55,952 nt of DNA from a virus (Duplodnaviria > Caudoviricetes), in IMG/VR virus record IMGVR_UViG_3300042987_001910, positions 1 through 55,952 of that record. The stretch is one strand, 5' to 3'. Position numbers and translations under genes: made by a program. The notes below the pieces were generated by a model. It did no database searches, was not told where the DNA came from, and was given only the letters and a program-made list of their open reading frames with translations. Positions 44,095 to 55,952 of this stretch are shown one piece after another (positions within the stretch are counted from its first letter, which is position 1; each line of letters starts with the position of its first letter).

Positions 44095-45371
44095 TATTTC
44101 TTCCTCCGGAGACCGCGCTGCACGGCAGCGGGAACGTGCGTGCGCTTCACCAGCGCATCAAGGTTCTTGACGCCAAGCTTCTGAACGGTATCTGCCGGCA
44201 GGACGTACTCCCCGTCGGAGAGCATCGCCGGCACCTTGTCGTCAATCGGGCCACCGGGTCCGCGAACCGGACCCCTGCCCTTGTGGACTTTCCCGCCGTT
44301 GGCCTTGCGGATGCCGCCCTTCTTGGCCTTCAACTCTTCCACTTCTTCGGCGAGGTCTTGCACCGCCTTCATGGTGACGCCGATGGCGTCCTGCACCGCG
44401 ATGGTCTTGCCGGTGCCGACCCCGAATTCCTGACGGAAGTCTTCGGCGTAAGGGCCGACGTGCTTCTCGCGGTCGCCCTTGTAGTTCCACGACTCGATGT
44501 CAAGTCGCTTGATACCCTTGAGCGCCTTCCCTTCCTCGACCGGACGCTTCCCTTCCTTCATGTCCTTGGATGAGGAGTACCCAATCGCCATACCCGCTGC
44601 CTGCCCCATGCTGGACAGCAAGCGCATCTGGGTGTCGAAGGTCTGGTTCTGGAGTTGGGCGTATTGACCGTAGAGGTTCCCGGCGGAACTGTTCAACTGC
44701 CCAGCTAGCCCGAATCCCTGACCGCCAAGGGCAGCGTTGCTACGCATTCCCTCCATGCCTGCAAGCGATTGTCCTCCCGCGCTGTTTAGGGCGTTATTGG
44801 ACAGCCCGTAGTAGGCGGCAGCCTGACTCGGAATCCCCTGCATCAGGCCGTAGGCGTTGGCGCGCATGGCGTTGGCCTGATCGATGGTGGTGAAGGCAGC
44901 GTTAGTACGAGCACCGGATTCGCTTAGAGCCTGCGCATTTGCAAGGCGCTCGTTCAGTTTGGCAAAAGCCCCGCTGTTTGGGTTTAGCCCTCTGCGTTGC
45001 AAATCGCGGGCTGCTTGGTCGCGAGCGTTCGAGAACGCCTGCGTGACCGCAGCGCCAGCGATGCCCTGTCTGCGCGCAATATTTTCGGCGGAGTCGTAGC
45101 TCTCGGCGTCTTGAATGACCCGGTCTCCTAGCGGGCGGACGCGCTGCATGAAGTACTCGTTCTGCTCCCGCGCGAACTCGCGCTGGAGCGCCGAGTCGGT
45201 GAGGAACGACTGGATCATCTGCTGGCGCATCGCCTGATCCTGCTCCTGCGCCGGCTTCAGGTCGCGGTCGTATATGCCCTGATACCAATCGAACGCTTCA
45301 CGCGATAGCTGAAGCTGTCCCTGCGCGATCTGCAACATTGCCGGGTCTGGCCTCGGCGCGCTCTTACCCAT
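44094..45371 (-). CDS. Ejection/pilot-like protein with S74-like chaperone domain and C-terminal GG...DDKVPAMLSDGEYV module
   Basis: MGKSAPRPDP start, Ala/Gln-rich helices; SSKDMKE...WNYK...HVGPYAEDF; GPGGPIDDKVPAMLSDGEYVLPA. Confidence 0.7.
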   Translation of the reverse strand: MGKSAPRPDPAMLQIAQGQLQLSREAFDWYQGIYDRDLKPAQEQDQAMRQQMIQSFLTDSALQREFAREQNEYFMQRVRPLGDRVIQDAESYDSAENIARRQGIAGAAVTQAFSNARDQAARDLQRRGLNPNSGAFAKLNERLANAQALSESGARTNAAFTTIDQANAMRANAYGLMQGIPSQAAAYYGLSNNALNSAGGQSLAGMEGMRSNAALGGQGFGLAGQLNSSAGNLYGQYAQLQNQTFDTQMRLLSSMGQAAGMAIGYSSSKDMKEGKRPVEEGKALKGIKRLDIESWNYKGDREKHVGPYAEDFRQEFGVGTGKTIAVQDAIGVTMKAVQDLAEEVEELKAKKGGIRKANGGKVHKGRGPVRGPGGPIDDKVPAMLSDGEYVLPADTVQKLGVKNLDALVKRTHVPAAVQRGLRRKK

Positions 45372-45374
45372 GTC

Positions 45375-45971
45375 TCACTCCTGTTTCAAGGTGTATCTGT
45401 TTGCTGTGTGTTTGAACCCCATCCGCTTGACGGCGGACTGGACGCGGTTGTCCGGGGCTGTGTGGCACTCCAATTCCGCGATGCCCATCTCCGTCAGCTG
45501 CTGGATCGTGTACTTCGACAACTTCCCGCCAATCCCCACCCGGTGCTCCGGTAAGACGTAGAGGACGTTGTCGGTAGCGATCATCCGTCCGGTGTGCGGG
45601 CACGCTTGGATGTACGCGCCCAGCTGGCCTACTAAGTTCCCGTTATGACGAGCGGTGAAGTAGGCGTATGCGCCCATCCGCTCCAGCTTGAGCAGCCGGT
45701 CGTAGTCGGGGTTGAACTCCCCGTCTTCGCCGGACTCCATCCAAAACAACTGGTGCAGACAAACCGCTTCGTGCGCGCAGTCGCGCAAACGCTCAAGGCA
45801 GATGACGTACTCGCCGAACTCAAGCGCCGGGAAGTTCTCCGGGTTGAGGGAGAGATCGTCTTCGGGGGCGGAGAGGACCGCTTGGAGGATTCCGACGGCA
45901 AGCTCAGGGGTGAGCTTGTTGCCTAAATTTTGGGCAAGCGCCTGTTGTATGGCTGCGAGTCTACGATCCAT
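45375..45971 (-). CDS. GNAT-family acetyltransferase-like protein
   Basis: LYVLPEHRVGIGGKL and KRMGF acetyl-CoA-binding-like motifs. Confidence 0.7.
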   Translation of the reverse strand: MDRRLAAIQQALAQNLGNKLTPELAVGILQAVLSAPEDDLSLNPENFPALEFGEYVICLERLRDCAHEAVCLHQLFWMESGEDGEFNPDYDRLLKLERMGAYAYFTARHNGNLVGQLGAYIQACPHTGRMIATDNVLYVLPEHRVGIGGKLSKYTIQQLTEMGIAELECHTAPDNRVQSAVKRMGFKHTANRYTLKQE

Positions 45972-46290
45972 TCTTGGGGTACTTGTCCTTCACCGCCTTG
46001 AGGGCGTTATAAAACTGCTGCGCCTTCGGGATCTGCCCGGAGTCCATCGCGTGCCAGAGCATATCGAGTTGGTCTCCAAGCGTTGGGTAATCAGGCTTAC
46101 GCTTAAATGCGTACTCCGGCTCAGACAGCCTCCACACCCACTGCCCGCCAACATACTTTTTGTTTTCTATGAACGTCGGCTTTTGTTCGTACTGCCCGAT
46201 GAACTGATAGCCCGGAAAATGCTGAAGGTCCAACTCCCGCTCAGACAGGTCCGGGTATCCGTTTGGCTGTGCGTACAGAAAGTAGGTCAT
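45961..46290 (-). CDS. Tail fibre assembly-like small protein
   Basis: RKPDYPTLGDQLDMLWH...AVKDKYPK. Confidence 0.7.
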   Translation of the reverse strand: MTYFLYAQPNGYPDLSERELDLQHFPGYQFIGQYEQKPTFIENKKYVGGQWVWRLSEPEYAFKRKPDYPTLGDQLDMLWHAMDSGQIPKAQQFYNALKAVKDKYPKNGS

Positions 46291-46292
46291 GG

Positions 46293-51246
<4,954 letters not shown>

Positions 51247-51247
<1 letters not shown>

Positions 51248-51729
51248 TAGCCCTTGCACTCCTTATGGAGTTTCAGCCTGTCTTTCCACAAGCCGTAACA
51301 GATCCTGTTGCCGGGTGTAGAACAGTCAAACCCGTTGAACATCTTCCAGTCGAGGATGTGATTGCAAGCATCCTCGTACCGCTCCTCGTTTAGCGCCCGC
51401 ACGATGCTCGACTTGCAGAAAGCACCGGAGCCGATGTTGTACGTCAGTGACGTATATACGTCGTACTCTGCTTGGGAGAGCGGTACCTTCACGCACTGCT
51501 TGATCGCGCCCTCAAACTTGGTCACGTCTCGGAAGGCTCTTCCAACCGCAGCCGGTGGCGTGATCCGGTCGCCCATCTTCACGCCGTCGGTCGTGCCAAA
51601 CCCGATGGTAGGAACGTCGCCGGGGACCGGGATGATCGCGTTGTCCGAGTAGCCTTCCCTGTCGATAATCGCAACGAACCCAGCGGCAGACAGAGTCAGA
51701 GTGGCAACAGCCAGCCTAACCTTGTCCAC
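51247..51729 (-). CDS. GH24 lysozyme, SAR-endolysin-like
   Basis: Hydrophobic N-terminus then REG...GDVPTIGFGTT catalytic triad; YNIG. Confidence 0.9.
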
Positions 51730-51904
51730 GGCGGCGCTTGACCCAGTTCTGGAATGTCTTGCTCTCGTAGATGCGGATGGATGTCCAGATGATCGTGATG
51801 AGAGCAGCCAGCGGCGGGAGCCATGCGGCTAACGTGGCAAGCACGGTGAAAACAGATACTGCGTCTCCAACGTGCTTAACACCTTCGCTAACGTGATGAG
51901 TCAT
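51716..51904 (-). CDS. Putative holin
   Basis: 62 aa, hydrophobic helices, basic C-terminus, overlaps endolysin start. Confidence 0.7.
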   Translation of the reverse strand: MTHHVSEGVKHVGDAVSVFTVLATLAAWLPPLAALITIIWTSIRIYESKTFQNWVKRRRGQG

Positions 51905-51905
51905 T

Positions 51906-53129
51906 TCAGACCTTCCAAGAAATCCATCCGCCCACGGGGCGTGTCTTTTTTGTTCTATCCACCAGCACCGGAGCGGTGAAGGTGATCCCATGCTCCGGGT
52001 GGGTCAGCCAGAGCGCCTGTCGCGGCGGCTCGAAGGGAAAGTTGCCTTGGAAGGCGTACTCGTCGTATCCCTTCAAACTGCCGTTCACTACCAGCCGCTG
52101 CATCTGAATCAACTGATGCCAGTGACCGATGATCAGCGTGTCGTACTCCATGTCGATCTGCGCGTTGCGAGACCGCTTCTTGTGATCGCCGCGAATGATC
52201 GGACCAAGCGCACCAATCATCCCGTCACCGCCACGGAACTGGTCCCCGTGTGTCAATAGGTAGCGGTGACCGTAGATGCTGTAGAACGCATCAGACCCGT
52301 CTGGGATGAGGAACTTGACCCTATCGTCTCCCTCGTACCGCTTGGCTAGGAATTGGTACAAGAGCCAGTCAAACGAGGTAAAGTTTCTCCCCTTTGCCCT
52401 CATCTTGTGCGTGTTGCGACCGTGGTTGCCGGTCACGCACGGGACGAAGACGTTGCCGAACTGGTCTGCCAACTCGTCGATACACCAGACCAGAACTCCC
52501 CACAGATCCACAACAGTCGGCATGACCTCCTTCTCGTTGGTCGCCGACAACTCCTCGTGGATGTCGCCAGAGATCATGTCGCCACCCAGAGCGAACACAA
52601 TCCCCGGATAGTCCGGCTTGGCAATGTGGCTCTTGAGAAGGTCCGTAGAGACCTCGATGAGGCTTTTCGCCCGGTCCTGCGCGATCTTGAGGTTGTACTC
52701 GTTCACCCCGTTGATCTGGTTTGGGTCAACGACCTCCCCCCAATGCCAATCGCTCGCAAAGATGGTCGGCACTCCGGGGAATCCGCTACCCTTCGGAGCC
52801 TTTACAAGCCACTCCGGCGGCTCGACAGACTGCTCTAACAGTTTGATGATCTGCCGCTTGACGAACTCGTCGTCGAGGGTGTCCTTCTTGACCTGCTTCA
52901 GTTGGGCTTCCAGCGCCCTGACCTGATCCCTGAGAGACAGGTCATCCTGAATCGGAGCCTCCAGAGCCTCCTTGCTGGGAACGAAGCCTTGCTTCTTGGC
53001 TTCCCGGTGTGCGCTCTGGTAGGTGGTGCGAACCATCCCCAACAGTTCTGCCGCTCGGCACTCGTTGCGCCCAGCGATTACATATGCATCAACGACCTTT
53101 TGGAGTTCGTCGCTTGTTCTTTTTGGCAT
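51906..53129 (-). CDS. Calcineurin-like metallophosphoesterase with N-terminal HTH/coiled coil
   Basis: SDWH, GGDM, GNHG, THGD, GHWH motifs. Confidence 0.85.
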   Translation of the reverse strand: MPKRTSDELQKVVDAYVIAGRNECRAAELLGMVRTTYQSAHREAKKQGFVPSKEALEAPIQDDLSLRDQVRALEAQLKQVKKDTLDDEFVKRQIIKLLEQSVEPPEWLVKAPKGSGFPGVPTIFASDWHWGEVVDPNQINGVNEYNLKIAQDRAKSLIEVSTDLLKSHIAKPDYPGIVFALGGDMISGDIHEELSATNEKEVMPTVVDLWGVLVWCIDELADQFGNVFVPCVTGNHGRNTHKMRAKGRNFTSFDWLLYQFLAKRYEGDDRVKFLIPDGSDAFYSIYGHRYLLTHGDQFRGGDGMIGALGPIIRGDHKKRSRNAQIDMEYDTLIIGHWHQLIQMQRLVVNGSLKGYDEYAFQGNFPFEPPRQALWLTHPEHGITFTAPVLVDRTKKTRPVGGWISWKV

Positions 53130-53400
53130 TTTCTCCCTTGTCCGGGGCGTAAGGTTCGCCCACCACCAGAGTTCGGACATCGCGAACCATTCCTCGTGGG
53201 ATGGTCCAGCGATTTCCCATCTCGTCCCCACCGTGCGATTGCGCCAGCACAAGGTGATCAGGTTTGTCCGCCACTAGATACCCAAGCGTCAGGCACTGCG
53301 GCGGCACGAAGTCGTGCGCTTCGTCCGTGTCTGTCCAACCGTTTTCTGTCGCGGCGTCAACCCAAGTGACGATGACAACCGGGAAGACTTTGGCTTCCAC
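53089..53400 (-). CDS. Conserved phage hypothetical protein
   Basis: VTWVDA...TLGYL...VLAQS...TIPRGMV. Confidence 0.7.
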   Translation of the reverse strand: MEAKVFPVVIVTWVDAATENGWTDTDEAHDFVPPQCLTLGYLVADKPDHLVLAQSHGGDEMGNRWTIPRGMVRDVRTLVVGEPYAPDKGENAKKNKRRTPKGR

Positions 53401-53642
53401 TACTTCCTCCGTGCGCGGATCTTCTTGATCTTCTGGGAAACGTCTTCGCGAACCTTGTCGTCAAAGTCGCGCAACTTCCCGCGCACCTTGTCCTCGGTTT
53501 TCTTAGCCTCTTCGCGGACCTCGATGATGTCGCGCTTCAGCAACTCCTCGAACGTGTCGCGGTGAACGACGGCGAAGTAAAACAGCGCAGCAACAGCAAA
53601 AAGCAAAAGTCCAATCAAAATCGCTTCCATTTCCACCTCCAA
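53400..53642 (-). CDS. Small membrane protein
   Basis: One TM helix plus charged tail; likely start at ATG 53630 after GGAGG. Confidence 0.6.
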   Translation of the reverse strand: MEVEMEAILIGLLLFAVAALFYFAVVHRDTFEELLKRDIIEVREEAKKTEDKVRGKLRDFDDKVREDVSQKIKKIRARRK

Positions 53643-53668
53643 TAAAAAAGCCCGCCATGAGCGGGCTT
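53642..53668 (-). terminator. Intrinsic terminator after GT2 gene
   Basis: GCCCGC-TCATG-GCGGGC-T6. Confidence 0.75.
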
Positions 53669-53687
53669 CGTTTCGAGTCTTGCCGGG

Positions 53688-54755
53688 TTACGCTGCCAAC
53701 TTATCCTTCCCCTCGTACCACTCTAGATTCTCTCGTAGCCGCTCCTCTTCTGGAGCAAGATCAACCGCAATCCTGCCTTGCTCCAGCGCCTCGTCCTTTA
53801 GACCGAGGTGCCACGCACCCAGCGCCGCTAGATCGTGCGGCTTCGCCCCCCATACCGCCGGGTCGCAGGTATAGACCAACTGCCGGTCCTTGATCGCCAG
53901 CGCAGACTTGGCAGCACCGTAGCACTCAGCCCACAGATTCCTGCGGTAGCACGCCATCGCCAGATCCACCCACGGCTCGCGGGTGTTCGGTGCCTCAGCG
54001 CAAGCCCTGCGATACCACTTCATCGCCTCATGCCCGTTGCCCATCTCATCGTGCGCTTGACCTAGGAGGCGCATCGCGTAGCACCGCTCGTTCTCCCAGT
54101 TCGCCTCCGGCATATCGAGGTACTTATTGAGAGCGACGATCGCCTCATCCCACTTGCGGTAGAACGTGAGTTCGCGAGCGTAGTAGAAGGCGTTGCGAGG
54201 GCAGCGCGGATCTTCCGTAACCGCCAACTTCAGCAGGTCTAGGTACTGTCCCCGGCTCTTCGTGGGATCGGGATGGTGGCTCACCAGCAACATATCCGTG
54301 TGAGCGTAGACCTCTTTGATCCTCCCGTCCGGGCGGGGGTACTCATGGCACGGGTGGTGCCAATGGTAGCCATGCCTGTGGTGGATCTTCTCGTAGAAGA
54401 ACGAGATCCCGCACCCCCAGTCGAACTTGTATCGCAGCCGAGTGGTGCCTTCTTTCCAGACCCGTTCGATCTCCTCCCGCCAACCGGGTTCGAGAACCTC
54501 GTCCAAGTCGAGAGAGATGCACACGTCGAAGTCTCTAGGGATCAGCGCGAGCGCCGCGTCCCGAGCCTTGTCGAACCGCCACGGTGTGATGCAGATGTCG
54601 TGGACTACCGCTCCGCACTCTGCCGCCAGCACAGCCGTCTTGTCAGTAGAGCCGGTGTCGGCGATCAGGATCAGGTCCGCGTCCGCTGCCGACTCGCAGA
54701 ACCGTTTGACAAACTGCTCTTCGTTTTTGCTGATTGCGTAGACTGCGATCTTCAC
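53688..54755 (-). CDS. Glycosyltransferase family 2 with TPR repeats
   Basis: KNEE, DTGSTD, FDKARDAAL, SLDLDE (DxD), HE; C-terminal TPR helices. Confidence 0.9.
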   Translation of the reverse strand: MKIAVYAISKNEEQFVKRFCESAADADLILIADTGSTDKTAVLAAECGAVVHDICITPWRFDKARDAALALIPRDFDVCISLDLDEVLEPGWREEIERVWKEGTTRLRYKFDWGCGISFFYEKIHHRHGYHWHHPCHEYPRPDGRIKEVYAHTDMLLVSHHPDPTKSRGQYLDLLKLAVTEDPRCPRNAFYYARELTFYRKWDEAIVALNKYLDMPEANWENERCYAMRLLGQAHDEMGNGHEAMKWYRRACAEAPNTREPWVDLAMACYRRNLWAECYGAAKSALAIKDRQLVYTCDPAVWGAKPHDLAALGAWHLGLKDEALEQGRIAVDLAPEEERLRENLEWYEGKDKLAA

Positions 54756-54785
54756 ATACCCCCCCTATCCCCAAACTGTCTACGC

Positions 54786-55103
54786 CTACCAAGGAAGCGG
54801 AAGCGCCACAACAGGCGGGTTGATTTGATCTTGAATTTGATCCGCTACGCTGGTCTCAACAGCGGCTTTATCAACGCCACTCGCCCAGCACCAGCCAAGC
54901 ACTTGGTCTTGAGTCAATTGGTTGTATGGCGTGAATGGATCACCGGGGGAGGAGAAGGCGCAGGAGCCATAAACTGAGGCAAAGTGACCGCCATCCAGCC
55001 CGTTGCACCGCCATCCAGCCGTGACAACCACGTCCTGAAGATTGCCATCAACTGGCTTGGTGTTCATCCACTCAATGACCCAAGTAAATTGCGTTGCCAT
55101 CAT
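54786..55103 (-). CDS. Small tail-fibre-associated protein
   Basis: FTWVI...VVVTAGW...FTPYNQLTQDQVLGW...LPW. Confidence 0.7.
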   Translation of the reverse strand: MMATQFTWVIEWMNTKPVDGNLQDVVVTAGWRCNGLDGGHFASVYGSCAFSSPGDPFTPYNQLTQDQVLGWCWASGVDKAAVETSVADQIQDQINPPVVALPLPW

Positions 55104-55513
55104 TCACTCCCGGCTTGTGGGCAAGGCACTTCCACCCAATTAGTTATTGACTCGTCCCACTCATAGCACGGCGGGCTGTTCGGCGTTGGCATTGGAACCG
55201 GCGGCTCCCACCAATAGGTAGACGGGTTCAGGGTCCACGATTGGAACGGTTGCGGAGGCGCAAAGCCCGGACCATCAGGACCGTCTGGAATCCAAAGCAT
55301 CCCGATCCCAGCATAGTTTTTGCGAAACGCTTTTGATTGATCAGGATCTGGCGTGTTTGAGTTAGGCGTGTAGTAAACGCCGCGCCGCGTGTTGTAACTG
55401 GTCTTTACGAAGGTCGCCGGGTCTCCCCAGTTGCCTGTATCAATTTCGGCTTGGTCGATCACCAGAACTTCCGTGACCACGCTGTTCTCGTCGATCTTTG
55501 CGAAGTGAGCCAT
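55100..55513 (-). CDS. Tail-fibre-associated protein (MAHFA family)
   Basis: MAHFAKID...KTSYNT...FRKNYAGIG...PQPFQSW...WEPPVPMP...YEWDE. Confidence 0.75.
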   Translation of the reverse strand: MAHFAKIDENSVVTEVLVIDQAEIDTGNWGDPATFVKTSYNTRRGVYYTPNSNTPDPDQSKAFRKNYAGIGMLWIPDGPDGPGFAPPQPFQSWTLNPSTYWWEPPVPMPTPNSPPCYEWDESITNWVEVPCPQAGSE

Positions 55514-55515
55514 GA

Positions 55516-55952
55516 TCAAGCCGTGAACGTGCTAGAACTGGTAAACGTGTGATAGGTGTATCCGCCGGAGGAAGTCACCGTGCCGCCGCTACCTTTTTGG
55601 CTTCCGGCGTAGCGAATAATGACAATGCCCGAGCCGCCGTTTCCCCCCAAGTAGCCGCCGTATCCACCGAGACTGCCGTTGTCCGGTGACCCGCCGCCAC
55701 CACCGCCTCCAGTATTTGCGGTTCCAGCAGTCCCATTCCCAGTCCCGTAAGCGCCGTCACCAGAACCGCCAGCACCGCCACCGCCAGAGCCGCCGCTACC
55801 GCTGGCACCTTGTTGGAATCCAGCCCCTGATCCGCCAGCGCCACCGCCTCCGCCAGCGTATGTGGAGCCATTGCTCCAAGTTGATCCTGATCCGCCCGAG
55901 CCACCGTTGATGTTGCTCGTGTCTCCACCAGCGCCGCCTTTACCGCCGCCTC
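55516..55952 (-). CDS. Glycine-rich tail-fibre-associated protein, 3' part (continues 702-1)
   Basis: YAGGGGG...NTGGGGGG...GGSGIVIIRY...YTYHTFTSSSTFTA then stop at 55516. Confidence 0.8.
   Translation of the reverse strand, partial: GGGKGGAGGDTSNINGGSGGSGSTWSNGSTYAGGGGGAGGSGAGFQQGASGSGGSGGGGAGGSGDGAYGTGNGTAGTANTGGGGGGGSPDNGSLGGYGGYLGGNGGSGIVIIRYAGSQKGSGGTVTSSGGYTYHTFTSSSTFTA
55827..55952. repeat. Terminal direct repeat, right copy
   Basis: Identical to 6-131. Confidence 0.9.

Noticed and set aside
55516-55952. Diversity-generating retroelement template/variable repeat
   Set aside because: No reverse transcriptase; the repeat is terminal and exact rather than adenine-mutated

Overview
Apparently complete, circularly assembled genome (about 55.8 kb; nt 6-131 repeat as 55827-55952) of a GC-rich temperate tailed phage with a podovirus-like head/tail/ejection gene set. 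The attP core is the 3' half of a tRNA-Asn(GTT) resembling betaproteobacterial ones, and spanins indicate a Gram-negative host. Layout: (i) one long leftward late operon starting near 14650 and wrapping through the window ends to 34405 (small basic head proteins, terminase, portal, scaffold, capsid, GT9, adaptors, collagen-like fibre, GT2-TPR, phosphoesterase, holin/endolysin, tail, GNAT, three ejection proteins including a 2743-aa polyvalent protein); (ii) a rightward early array (15330-22190) of short genes built from repeated hairpin + GACCC(A/C)TTTCCGGA + GGAGACAAAC-ATG units, ending in an AAA+/split CobT-like module; (iii) a leftward replication block (22700-27642); (iv) a rightward recombination, spanin, xis/int, attP and MazG block. 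Best candidates for undescribed biology: the modular early cassette array, a possible virion glycosylation system (GT9 carrying a copy of a neighbouring small late protein's N-terminus, GT2-TPR, Gly-Pro-Thr collagen fibre), shared N-terminal tags and GG motifs on head/ejected proteins, and a structured RNA leader on the scaffold gene. Family assignments come from recognising motifs by eye, not from database searches.
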